64,000 nucleotides of DNA from Amoebophrya sp. A120 (taxonomy: Eukaryota > Protista > Dinoflagellata): assembly GCA_905178155.1 (NCBI GenBank), contig CAJINV010000011.1, forward strand, positions 3,133,144 to 3,197,143, given 5' to 3'. A program made the position numbers and the translations under genes. The notes below the pieces were generated by a model, which was given only the letters and a program-made list of their open reading frames with translations, did no database searches and was not told the origin of the DNA. The number at the start of each line of letters is the position of its first letter. Position 1 is the first letter of the stretch. Below are positions 11,051 to 19,953 of the stretch, piece after piece.

Positions 11051-11207
11051 TCTGCGCGACGGACAGGTAGGACCAGAACCGCTTCAGGGCGTTGTTCCTT
11101 TTGAGCGTGATGTAGTCCTGCGGCAGGTAGATCGGCTCCGTGATAGGGATCGTACCGAGCGGCGGGTACGCGCGCGACTGGATGGAGGTGGCCTCACCCA
11201 GTTTCAC
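1..11207 (-). CDS. Giant beta-repeat fibre-like protein, exon 2 (at least 3,735 codons, 3' end beyond window start)
   Basis: Manual translation from acceptor CAG|GTG at 11207 gives VKLGEATSIQ...AVSLRSFARLGSTLSLTGFGRFGESVSVLG... The same frame is read at positions 1-1450 (...SCYGMARVGSA). The ORF track has no stop-terminated minus ORF in this frame, and the shadow plus-strand ORFs keep one register throughout. Confidence 0.92.
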   Translation of the reverse strand, partial: MKLGEATSIQSRAYPPLGTIPITEPIYLPQDYITLKRNNALKRFWSYLSVAQMGYFGNQLSVRYFAGFGEKLSVYDFISFRSAVSLRSFARLGSTLSLTGFGRFGESVSVLGCAHLGSSLSLGRPGPLPVDQFNRPYYPFVRLGTSLSVYMKTILGSCQSVLNCVDFSSTLSIRMCSKLGSGLSVYGVQRYGSSLSVLDYLFLGSSYSIRTLSRFGSGVSVYGMTRLGSSLSIMDYCQLGSTLSVRTMGRLGSTFSVFGITRIGSMLSLLDYLNMASSLSLRSFGRLGSAMSIFGMNRMGSGYSVLDFVLIGSSLSLRKIGRCGSSMSVYGLGKLGSGCSILDHIALGSAISLRSFSRLGSSLSVFRICTMASNLSILDLVSIGTAVSLRYFARLGSALSVYGTVRLGSNLTMLDFMGLGSSLSLRATCRLGSSLSIYGFTRLGSICSALDYYHLGSSISIRRYTRMGSSISVYGLARVGSTLSILDQGNMGSSMSLRTFFRAGSTCSVFGNTRMGSYLSVGQQGYYGSSVSVQSFKRLGSALSAFGCARFGSSLSALDFVTMGSSLSLRSYSRFGSTFSVYGMTRLGSLVSLIDFTHLGSSVSLNRYCRVGSTLSLYGISHLGSSLSLLDCSHFGSALSLRNFARLGSCLSLYGAARLGSSISVLDFVHFGSSLSTRTLARLGSSLSVYGCTRLGSCLSLLDMAHIGSTTSLRSFVRIGSSISIYGIARLGSSVSVLDAVFLANHFSTQDMCMGLSIRNLVRMGSAMSCYGIQHIGSSCSVLDSLHMGSSLSMRAYARLGHSVSVYGMSRYGSAMSILDFTHFGSSFSCRGLARLGSSLSVFGVSRMGSSMSVLDAVAVGSSMSLRCQMRLGSALSVFGIARLGSSLSLLDAAICASTCSVRTFSRLGSSLSVYGMARFGSAMSVLNFVEMGSGFSVRNFVRCGSALSVYGMTRLGSAISVLDQAYLCSSMSLRGFSRTCRSMSLYGISRCGSSMSVLDALYMGSSYSLRSFSRLGSTLSLYSLSRMSSSMSVLDVLMMSSALSIRNMARIGSSFSVYGFFRIGSQLSVLDFVHVGSSISIRKAARCGSSLSMFGMARLGSTLSLLDCVSMGSGLSVRGLCRYGSALSCYGTAKLGYSLSLLDHLHLGQEFSARSYSRMGSVYSIYGMTRLGLQMSQLDYITIGSSVSLRSFFRMGSAMMFSLYGVARCGSSLSVLDLVQAGSSMSLRQFFRCGSAMSCYYLARIGKELSVLDSVHLGSSLSVRCFSRFGSAISVSGQMRFGSCLSILDFYNVGSSFSTRGFLRLGSAISLYGVARLGSSMSALDHFSLGSALSLRSFSRLGSSLSVFGFSSIGSSCSVLDYLALGQIRPRSFTRLGSTVSMYGIGAMKSQISVLDFLQIGSSFSLRSVARLGSSLSLFGFTKLGSSVSVVDWIHFGSALSLRTYSRLGSTVSVFGMTMCGSGLSVLDAVWLSSSLSLRTFARMASSLSIYGASRLGSSFSILDTISCGSSMSMRSIARLGSSLSFFGISHLGSAFSLCDYFTLGSTLSVRTLARLGSGTSIYGFVKLGSSVSMLDYVLFGSSLSLRGFSRFGSALSVYGISRLGSTLSMVDYVCMGSSISLKAFGRLGSMLSVYGTTRIGSSLSILAFISIGSSLSARGFLRLGSSFSSYGFARMGSSCSVLDFVQFGSSFSVASFSRLGKSCLSLYGTARFGSALSVLDYVSFGSSISLRRIGRMGSALSIYGFTKLGSSLSVLDLLHLGSCTSVRSFMRLGSAMSAYGCARLGSAFSLLNFIHFGSCMSVRSFTRYGSSFSVFGFGKLGSAMSLAQWCTFGSSISVRSFGRVGCDGFFANFQIAKSLSFFGTSRLGSSISVLDFMNLGSSLSLRTYGRAGGYASVYGIAKLGSSLSALDFIECGSTLSMRSYSWFGSTMSVFGAVMLTSSLSLRGCTRFGSSFSVFGMERLGSSASMLDFVSFGSSISIRMATRLGSSVSVYGFLRLGSQMSALGSCVFASSLSLRSFARMGSSCSVYGCTKLGSCVSVLAFASLGSTFSTRYFYRIGSSCSVYGVARLGSAVSALEFSSLASSLSVRSFSRLGSSLSIFGVMRCGSTMSILDFMNFSSALSVRTSMRFGSSLSLYGINTMGMSASVLDLFQLSSCMSIRNYCRLGSSLSVYGFTRFGSAFSIIDHLSIGSSMSLRYCFRMGSSLSVYGINRLGSLTSLLDATVLGSAFSVRSFFRLGSVVSLYGLAKLGSNLSTLDNLLLGSSLSLRGFCRVGSVLSIYGMCRLGSHFSVLDAITLGSSVSLRSMARLGSTHSLYGMVRIGSSFSICDTCAHSSSLSVRMFARIGSSLSMFGLVRLGSRMSVLDAASYGSGLSMRSLVRMGSSFSVYAMQQITSSISVLDMLSLGSGLSMRNFNRFGSSLSVYGLARSGSTISLLDFIVCASSYSLRSFARLGSTVSIFGVARLGSAMSSLDFSWFSSAVSLRSFVRLGSSMSVFGISTLGSSLSVLDVLQLGSSLSVRGFYRAGSSLSVFGVSKLGMNVSILDLLSLGSTVSLRSCCARFGSSLSVYGIGRMGSSVSLLDYLYIGSSLSLRTYGRFEQSLSVFGIARIGSGMSILDCVSLGSSFSIRGLCRLGSTMSTYGCSRLGSSMSLFDYFTIGSQLSLRSYSRLGSTCSVYGLTKIASVLSILDMFHIGSSISLRGFIRMGSAVSVYGLARLGSSLSILDYVSLGSTMSVRMFARMGSSLSLFGISRFASSFSVMDYCVLGSALSVRSFMRMGSTMSVYGCHRFGSALSVLDFVTFGSSYSLRSLQALGSSLSIYGLSLFGSSLSVLDFAVLSSGLSIRKLCKMSSSLSVYGISRLGSQFSLLDTISCGSAISVRAFNRLGSSTSCYGLMQMGSSLSVLDYLFVGSSYSLRSFARMGSTFSIYGLCKLGSQVSVLDFLSLGKSLSIRSTLRMGSSLSLYGMSRFGSAMSVIDAIHFGSCMSLRSFARLGCEMSIYQTMTLGSSLSLLDHVHFGSMLSMRTFARFGSSISVYGLTRMSSAISIVDFVHFGSSMSLRSYMKAGSTISVFGTARLSSCLSVLDYVSFGSSLSVRHFARIGAAYSIHNNAASRHQRGNVALSLYGMARLGSCLSCLDFATFGSSVSLRSFFRVGSSASCYKCARLGSCLSILDFGVGANELSVRKFFRLGSALSNYGLVQLASSLSVMSFCQMGSSLTLRSFVRLGSSFSAYGVATIGKSLSVLDFVNLGRGMFPTRLGGGPLTGKLSITDFIQSGVASLSGGTLNDIIFPDPIGGTATDGVAVSGNGQFEVTFDLRDQHPFGFEVTGADTDYIQNYFQAYYTHDFAVTSATVWNRIETFHTGTVTFGEAIENPRYVMAYFPSTILANNQNGFHFQFRGNVRGGGARVRQFTRMGSSLSLYGLARLSKFHPCSVLDSCYIGSALSLRGYARMGSTLSIFGGARLAQRHFDCRDPNRCLSTLDFFQVGSCLSLRMFARIGSSISVFGMQRLGSFVSVVDFNSLGSTISLRTFGRLGSTCSFYGMGRIGSSLSVLDFTHLASSFSLRSMARLGSSISVFGMARMGSSLSVLDLLTLSSTCSVRGFARLGSCVSIWGISKLGSALSILDFVNMGSAFSTRTFSRLGSSCSLYGQIRLGSMLSTLDFSQVGSNISTRYFCRLGSSMSVYGIGKVSSCLSILDYVQLGSSFSFRRFARLGSSMSCYGMARVGSA

Positions 11208-11385
11208 CTGTGTATTTTTCGGGGTTTCGATTTTGGGAAAATGTATGAGATGTGTGCATAGAACTACAGATTGGATTCATCTATACTTCGATTTCATACG
11301 ACGAAGACAGTCTGTAGTTCGCGTCAAAACTGCCACACAATCTTCGAGAACTCGAATTTATGAAAAACCAAAATTCAGTAAATAC

Positions 11386-12900
11386 GTCGCCGGAGATGCT
11401 CAGGTCTGACCCGATACGCACGTCGTTTCCGATGCTCATCTTCGAATTGACCACGGTGTGCGCCGGGTCTTCTATTGGTTGGGTGGAACCAATACTCGTG
11501 CGCATCCCCATCAAGTACGACTGCTCGGTCACGGAGAGCGTCTGTCCGAAGATCGCAGCACCCTCGACATTTGCGGACGACACGACGTAGACCTCCTTCG
11601 GATCCCTTGTCAGCGCCATGAGTGTTTTGTACTCCTGCAAGACCGGACCTTCCGTTTCCCCGCTGGCCTGTATAAAGATCTCCTTCGAGATCAGAAACGC
11701 CTCGCGGTTGTCGAACCACTCCTGCATGTGCATGTTCCACTCCCGGATCCCGTCGTAGCGGAACCGGATCCCGGCTTGGGCAGATTTGTTGTCGATCGAC
11801 TGCCCCTGCGGATCGATATCGATCGGACCTAGGAGCGTGATCGCACCCGTGTTGGACACAAGCACAAAGGCCTGCGCGATTTCCGTCAGGAGCGAAAAGA
11901 ACGCAACGATCCGCATCAGGACGGTCTGTTTCGAAGAAGTTGCTGGTGGACTACTAGTGGTCTTCATTTTCCGTTTTATCCTTTTGTGGTTCGTGTGCTG
12001 GTATAATGTCGGTGTTGTGATATTGTTTTCCTCTACTGCGAACATCTCTTCAGCACTACAACTCCGTGGCGGCACGAGACTCCGCCTCCGAAGCTGTGAT
12101 AAAGAACTCGCCATCCTCTTCACCCGACGTATTCTCGATTTTCTCCGGCGCCTTATTCTGTTCCTCTGAATTATACTTGAAGTGGAACAAGTAGGCGACA
12201 CAACGAGCGGCTTTCGCCAGGAGAGCGACGCCCGTCTGATGTGGCCGTTTGTTCCATTTGTTGCCGTTTGGTGGAGAGATGATGATGATCCTTCGTCGTC
12301 GTTATCACAACTAGCATCGACACGGTCTCTGTCACTGCCAATAACAGAAGCCGTGGATTTATTTTGCCGTTGTTGTTGGTTTTCTTCGTTCTCTGCTCTC
12401 CTTATGCGGCGAAAAAGCTGCCAACAGATCCGCTGCAGGAAAGACACGAAGGCGAAGAAGTAACACCAGACGAGTTCGACGAAAGAGAAATTTTGTTTCG
12501 CAAAATAAGTTTCTTCTCTTCTACTCCGCCCCGCGGTATCGTTGTCGTAGTAACTGGAGTAGCTTTTGCGTTTTTTCCTCCGTTTCGACGTATCATCTTC
12601 TATTCTGGTCGTGGAGAGTAGACCAGCGGAGCTCCGGAAATGAGAGTTCTGAAACACGACTCCATCTTCTGAAGCACCGCAAGCCTCCTCCGTCGTTGAA
12701 GTTGTTGCAGCTACGCTGCTGTGGTCTTCATCCGGTTTTGATGCAGTTTTATCCGCTCCCGGTTTTGACGTAGAAGAGAGACAAAATCGACTAGAAGACG
12801 AGCAGCTTGGTGTGGCGGGGTCGAGCCACCCGAGGTCGGCAGGGTCCACCCATCTCCTGCGACCCCTGGATCGGTGTGGTGGCGCCTCTACCACCTGCAT
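11386..12900 (-). CDS. Giant beta-repeat protein, exon 1 (start at 12900, or at the signal-peptide-like Met at 11916)
   Basis: ORF 11281..12900. MRIVAFFSLLTEIAQA|FVLV at 11916 resembles a signal peptide. The exon ends SKMSIGNDVRIGSDLSISGD, already in repeat register, and joins exon 2 through a phase-0 GT-AG intron at 11208-11385. Confidence 0.75.
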
Positions 12901-13009
12901 TGCTCGAATCTGGTCTGCATCTGATGGCGGCCCACGACGAGAATCCGCTCTCCGGCAACTAGATGTGAGGAAAAAAACTTCATTTTTGATGGAAGGTGTT
13001 GCGTAGTGG

Positions 13010-13535
13010 TATGAAATAATTTGTAGGGTAACAGAAATTTAAATCGTGAGGTAGTATAGTGAAGTTGTGCATAAGTAGTACGGGTAGGTGAATTTTTAGA
13101 GTATTGAATTGAGTAATAGTTGTTGAAAAGTAATAAGAGTAATAAGATGTCAAAAAGTTACCTATTCTACTGGTGAGATACTAAGGGTACCTACTTAAAA
13201 GTAATGAACACTAAACCAGCAAAAAGAGTAACTTGTACAGATTGTTTCAAGATGCAATTGAAATAAAGTAAATAAGAAATAAGACTCGACTATAGTCTGT
13301 TGAATAGCGAATAGTAAAATCAGATAAAAAATGTTTGAATAAGTTTGAATAAAATGTCAATAGGATGCGATAAAAATAGAAAAATAAAGAGAGAGAGAAA
13401 TAAGTGTTTGCGATCTATCTATCAGAGTGTTATAAGAATAGTCTATCGATAAGTAAATATAAAGTGACCTAAATAATATCCGAGTACCTATAAAAATAGA
13501 AAAATATTTCAGAGATCTAAAAAACAAGAAAACCT
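13010..13535. other. AT-rich intergenic tract upstream of the giant gene
   Basis: Strongly A-rich on the plus strand (T-rich on the coding strand), with no ORF in the track. Confidence 0.5.
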
Positions 13536-14580
13536 ATTGTTGTTTGGATTGGGATTGGGTTCACGATGTTCACACAAGGGACGGGGTCATGGAAGTTTTG
13601 GAATGAAAGCAGACGAAAGATTGAACCTTTTTTTTTCGATTCGCGCGACATGCTACACAGTACCAAACAACTCACACAAACACATGGATTTGTCAGACTT
13701 GTTTCGGTGCTACTTCTCTCGACAGTGCAACAGGACAGAACTGTTTTTCAAAAAAAATCTAATGCCTATTCACACAGAAGGAAAACAAACAAACCGATCT
13801 TCTCAAATGCGTCATGATATGCTGGTTCTCGTTTTTTCAAAATCTCACAACCATTTGTACTCTTTCATACACCCGACTAAATCTAGCAAGTCCTAGTACT
13901 TATCACTAAAAAAAATCAGACCTGTTTTGACTCTTTGGAAAGCAGTTTCAGGAGGGGAACACGAAGTCGGGGGGTCGTGGGTAGATCCAAATGCTCTATG
14001 CCGACGTCACGACATTGCACGATGCTAGAAATTTTCGTACGGTACGGCTAAGGAATTTCAATTTTGTACGATTACGCCTTCGATACCTTTTTGGACGTTT
14101 TGCACGTTGCGCACGACTTTTCTACTTATCTTGTCGATTTGCTTGCCTTCGTTTGACCATGTTTGCTGACTTTTTTTGGCGAAAAAAACACGTGTCTACG
14201 CTACGTACCTACGACCCCTTGAATAGTAAACGATGCTTAGAGCTATGCTCAGACGTTTTCTTGCAATGTATAACTTTGCTCTTCTTGTTCTTGTGCAGTC
14301 TTTTTAGTGCACAGCATTAACGATGCTATTACGGTTACTAGACTCTGTCTTGCAAAAGCGGCATGAGCATGACGTCGACCACGCGTCACGCATTCTACAA
14401 AAATGACCGTGTACGAAACTCTGATTCAAAATTGCAACGATCTCGTAGTCGTTTAGTAACGACGAGAAACTGCATCTGACCTCTGTGCTGGAAACAACCT
14501 CTGAAACGAAATCTCTATATTTTGCGCGTATTCATAGCATGGACTTTTGTTGAACGAAGTACTTACTGAGAGGCACTGTA

Positions 14581-17500
14581 TCACAATCTTTCCAGTGCTT
14601 TCGCCAGCTTTTCGGCCGCCGCCCGCTCTCCTTCGCTCAACGGATGTTTTCTCTGCCGCATCTTGGCTGCCGGCGCCAGACTCGATGGACCACTCGATAC
14701 CTGCATGGAGTTTTCTATCGACAACTGTTTCCCCTTCGCCCCCAGCCGATCGCACACGTGGTTGAAATCTGTGGACTCTATGTCGTCCAGATCCAGCTGC
14801 GATAACTGCTCTAGAGTGGCGGAATTGGTTGGTTTCCCGCTGTGTCTCAGCAACTGCTCCATCAGCCGCTGGGTCTTCTTGCTGCTTGTGCTCTGATTGT
14901 GTCCAAACGCGCTGGCGTTTGGACTGTGGTCTTTATTTTGCGTGGCTGTGCTGTCCGAAGCGGCGAGAAGTGCTGCTGGGGGATGGACTAAGTTCACCTC
15001 CCGCCACTTCTGATTGAGCTTTTTCGTCAATGAGAGCATCATGTTCTCCGCTTCCGCGTATTTCAGCGTGCCGGCCGCGTAGAACATCTCCCATTTCGAA
15101 TCCGCATTGCAGAGGACACCTGATCATGGGAGTGAAAAACGAACAAAGTTTTACCTGCAAAAGGTGTGGCCGCATCGTGCTACCTCGTGGTCCTCGCACT
15201 AGTCAGTACATCCGGTAGTTTCTCCATCACAAGCTTTAAAGTACCTCGGCTTTTCCCGAGATCGGTGCACGTGGACACCTTCACCCTCTTATCCAGCCCG
15301 ACTGTTTTCACAACCGCGTCCTGCACTAATGTTCCCTCTTCTTCCTCCGACACGAATTCCAGCACCGCAATCTTCTGCACGCTGTCCTCGTGAAGAATCG
15401 CTTCTTGCAGCCTAAACGGCTTGTTCTCGTTTTTCGACTGCTTATTCATGAACCCGACGGAACTAGAGGGATTCGCCACGTTGGGAAGGATGTTGTTCCA
15501 GTAAAAAGTCAGGTCGTACTCCCTTACCTGGCCCTTCATGTCACCGAGGAACAGGTGCACGCGGTCGGGGGCGGCGGCGGGGTGGTGGAGTTTCAGGCAA
15601 GTTAAATCGCCTTGCTGCACGTAGGCGGAAAGGACTTCGGCTTGGTGAAATTGGTACCTTATTGATGAAACGAAAAAAACTTTTCATTTTCTAATGCACG
15701 ATAAAGCATTGCGTTTGTTCCTGTTCTTGAGAGGATCAAAGAAACAGTTCCAACGCAGTAGGATTGAAGAAACAACGTCGCAAACTACTCAGTATAGATA
15801 CGTTCTTCTCCACGGGCTTTCCCTGTCTGGTTTTTCAAAAATCGAAACATTCCCGCCCGCTTCTGCACACACCAAGCTGTTCGTTTTCACGACGAAATCG
15901 CAACCGACGACGAGGTCTTGGAAGACCGTTAAAACCTGCTCCTGCTTGAGTGACTTCAAATCACACAAGCAAACCGTCCCGTCCGACGACCAACTAGCAG
16001 CGGTTTCTCTCCCCACCGCTAGACCCAAAACCGCGTCGCCGTGCGCTTGGTACTCGGTTTTGAAATTCGGCAAGGCTGAGCCGGTGTCCGCGTGGATCTT
16101 CACGCTCCCTTTCCCACTGCCGGAAAGGACGAGAGGGCCGTCTAGTGGGCTGTCGTACAAAGCCATCGCGGTGACCTCTTCCCCGGGTGCGTTCGGGCTG
16201 GAAAATTCGCGGAGCAACTTCCCCATCATAGAGAAGCTCGCAATGCTCCCCTGGCTGTTCCCGACGATCAGTTTCCGATTGTTATTTGAAACGACAAACG
16301 CAGTTAATTCCCCGCTGGAAGAGGATGAGGATTTCGCTGTCGTTCCGGCGGCGAGATTTGTCGCGGCGCTTGTGAACTGCAAATCCTTCAGCAGTTGTAT
16401 CATTCGCCCGGATTCCGCGTCCCAGATTTTTATCGACTTCCGGCTCAGAGTGAAAAACCTGCCTCTGTGCCCATCCCAGGAGGTGGCGCGGACTTCCAGC
16501 GCATCAGTGACTTTTTCGTCCTCGTTGGACCCCGCAGCGTTCTCTCCTTCCCTGCTGTCAAGGTAGTCGTAGAGCCGGATGTTCCCGATTCCACACGCTA
16601 TCCTCTTTAGCTCTGGGATAACGCAGAAACTGGTGAGGTCGGTTATTGCGTCGGTAGCGCCGAAGACCTGGGTTAGATAAAACCCAGCATGTTGTTCGCA
16701 GAAGCAAATAAATAAGCAGGAGGAGTGAAATAAAGCACTCACGGTGCTGCACTTCATCGCATCACTTTAACCTTTCTTTCTAGTAGAAGCGTAACACCAA
16801 TTTTCATACCTGCGAGCAGCCGAAGTTCCTGACGTCCCACACGCGGAGAATTCCCCCGATATCGCCGGTGATAATCTGCGGGTAGGACCCCACCCCGATC
16901 TGTATCCCGACCAGGCTGTGCGTGTGGCCCTTCAGCTTGAAGAGGTGGGATATGTCCACATAGGGGTTCCACACCAGCGCCTCCTGATCCAGACCGACGG
17001 ATAACAAACAGCCCATGCTGTAGGCGAGCTGGAGCACAGATTTTTTGTGCCCTTTCAAGTGTTTTTTCGGCTTGAAACTCTGCACGTCCCAGAGGTAAAT
17101 CGTGCAGTCGGAGCTGGCGGACGCGATGAGGAGCATGTCGGGAAGCATAAGGAGGTCATTCACCTCCGCTTTGTGCGCTTTTCTGCTGTCCTTTAACGCC
17201 AGCGTGGTCAAGTCCCACTTGCTCACGGTGCCGTCGATAGAACCTGATGTAAGTAGTTGTAGTGAGTTCATCACATTGACAGAATTGCACTGCTCTTTCT
17301 TAGAAGGAAACAAATACGATACTTCCTTATGGGAAGGCAAGTGGCTTGTTTTTGTTAGCAAACAAACTCTATACCAGAGTAGATGCAGCTCGGGTCTACC
17401 TGCGAGTTGTACGCAAGACAAATCTGCACGTCCCGGCAGACGACCCGAGAGCGTAGTTTCAGGCTGTTGCTGTCCCACAGGCAAATCGTCATGTCGGCGG

Positions 17501-19374
17501 CACAGGTGGCGATTTGATCCATCGGCTCCACGTAAATACACGTGATCACAGAGCCCCTATGCCCGGCCACTTCCGCTTTTAAATGGAGTTTCTTCGGATC
17601 GTAGATGCGGAATTTTCTTGACTGGGAAAAGCAGGCGAGGTAGTTCTTCTCTGGTAAATAAACCAGCCGTTCCACGTTCGCCTCGTGCTTCGATAAATCG
17701 GTCACGCTGCTTTCCTGGTAGGCTTTGGTTTCCAGCTGGGCGACAGCGCTGTGGTTTGGTTTGATGAACACCAGAACTAGAAGATTATAATACCAGCCTT
17801 TCGATGCCGACCGGTAGTTGCACCGGATTCATCCAAAAGCAAATAGCAAATGCATGAAATGATAAATGAACTTTCAAAACAATAAAACCCTTCTACCCGT
17901 CCATCTCGTTGCTTTGACTCTTGCCTTGTTCTATCAGAAGAGAGCTACACTCCTCCCATGTGATTTCTCCCACCGAGTGCACATCGATTTCCCGAAACAA
18001 TTCCACTATGGACGCTATGTTGAACAGCAGCGCATCCTCCGCTTCTCTTGCGGCGGCGTCTTCTTCGTTTTCTTCTTTCACCTCACCACCCTCCTCCCCT
18101 GCTTTCTCCTCGTCGGCGCCGCCACCGGTAATTCCTGTCACACTTATCCTCCCGGTTGCTGAACTACTAGTACCTTTTGCTGTTGCTTGTGCTTGTTGCA
18201 CCATAGAAGTTGTACCCGCGGCGGAGGGTGTCCGCATTTCACTCGGGGGCCCACTGCCTTTCGCCCCGACCTGTCGACTTTGCGGCCTGCTGGGCTGGGA
18301 TTCGGTTTCCTGGTTGCCATGGACGCTTTCCGCATCCTCGCCAGAATCGTGCTCGATCTCTTCTTCTTCTGTGCCGACAAAAAGCTCGAAGTTGACAAGC
18401 ACGGAGATTAAAAACCTAAAGTTATGGTTTATTCAACGAGATGCTGCACGAAGACCCATGCATAATCAATCTACTGGCATGATGCAAGAGCAAGACAGAT
18501 ACGGACATAACGTACTAAAAACTCTCCTAAATAAAAGTACTTTTCCAGATCCAGCACGCCGTCGTTTCTGTCGAAGTCGGCCTGCAGCTTCGCCAATTTC
18601 TCGTGCTCGAATAGTATTTGCAGCACGTATTTTTCCCGGTACTTGCACTTCCGTATCATTCTCCTTGCCAGCTCCGCATCCCTCTCTTGCATCTCGGCTA
18701 TTGTAATCGGTTTCACCTCGGTCGTCGGACTCCGCTCTTGCTCCGCCTGCCGCTTTATGCATTGCAAATATGTCTGGGTCTCGAAGATTGCAAGCTTGTG
18801 ATGGGCAGCTCAGAACACACAAAGATCTGTCATGCATAGATAGCAAAAGTTGCCCCCTATTTTCTGGGCACCGAAACCAGGGATCTGTCATGCGGACCAG
18901 GCATTGAGAAGCGTGCTCAAAACCTGTGATGCCAGGGCATGCATGCCAGAGCTTCTGAGTCATGCGGAGGCTGCATCACAAACCTCTGCTTGTTTCTAGA
19001 ACACCAGATGGCATATTTGCAATGCATACGCCTCCCCTGCATCTCGTGCAGACTCCGCAACCTCCTGGTTCGTTCATTCCCGACCTCGATCAGTGCAATC
19101 AAATGCAAAAGTGTCTGGGTCTGGAAGATTGCTGAGGTTTGTGATGCTGTGTCTGCTTGACACAGAAGGTGTGGCATGCAAAGCCTAGCATCACAGGTTT
19201 TGAGACGGCTTCCCAATGCGTAATCCGCATGACAAACGCCTTCTCTCGGCGACAGTAAAAAGAGCTCTTTTTGCTGTCCAAGCACGACAGATTTTTGTGT
19301 GATCTAAGTATGCATCACAAGTTCGTATCCTTCCAGACCCAGACGTAATTTTTGCAGTCGATAAGTGCGGGCAT
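14581..19374 (-). CDS. EF-hand plus WD40-repeat protein (WDR49/EFCAB8-like), multi-exon
   Basis: EF-hand-like ELFREIDVHSVGEITWEEC. WD repeats include GHRGSV..ICLWD, AHKAEVNDL..IASASSDCTIYLWD, GHKKSVLQL..LVWN and GHTHSLVGI..LRVWD. The N-terminus MPALIEVG...GRRQAEQ assembles in frame across two introners. Confidence 0.85.
18756..19028. mobile_element. Introner family 1 (TIR core tgtctgggtctggaag), 273 bp
   Basis: Ends tatgcattgcaaatatg...catatttgcaatgcata, TSD cgctt/cgcct. Removal gives QGRRQAEQ in frame. Confidence 0.85.
19097..19363. mobile_element. Introner family 1, 267 bp
   Basis: TIR gtctgggtctggaag/cttccagacccagac, TSD agtgc/agtgc. Removal gives MPALIEVG. Confidence 0.85.
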
Positions 19375-19953
19375 GTAACTACTCTTCGACGGGGAAAGCA
19401 CGCCACCATGCAGCTGGGACGGGACCCGGATTGACTCACCGCTCTCCATGGCTTGCGGTTCCTCGTGCGGGCACGGCAAGTGTTTATTTTCCCCCGGCGT
19501 TTATTTCTTGTGCAGTACCGGTTTATCGATTGCTTCGTCACCTCCAACCCGCGCGAGCGGCTGGGCGTACGGATTGATGTTCACATCTTGTTTTCGAAAA
19601 CCACCTCTCGATCAAAATTCGAAAAGCGTAGCGCTAGCGGGAAGCGGATCAGGTGTTACTCATTAATTGATCTTGTATTGGGGATTCTGATTTTCCTCTC
19701 GTTTCCCTCTTCAACTCTGAAGTTCTTGCCATGCGGCATGTCAACGAGAACAATTCTAGAACACACGAACGCGGCAGTGAAAATGCACTCTTTCGCGGAA
19801 ATGTACACTGTCCTCAAGGCTTACGGGTTTACAACATCACAGCAGCTGCAATGTCGCGTCGTTCGTACTACATTCCCAAAGCGTTTTGTTTGCGTTTGCG
19901 TATTCAAGTATTCAGTATTGCGCTCGTTCTGGTTCATTCTGAAAAAGATGGCG

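Noticed and set aside
15694-16566. 290-aa plus-strand ORF, and similar ones at 17921, 23043 and 33783
   Set aside because: They are antisense to well-supported minus-strand exons and have no recognisable motifs.
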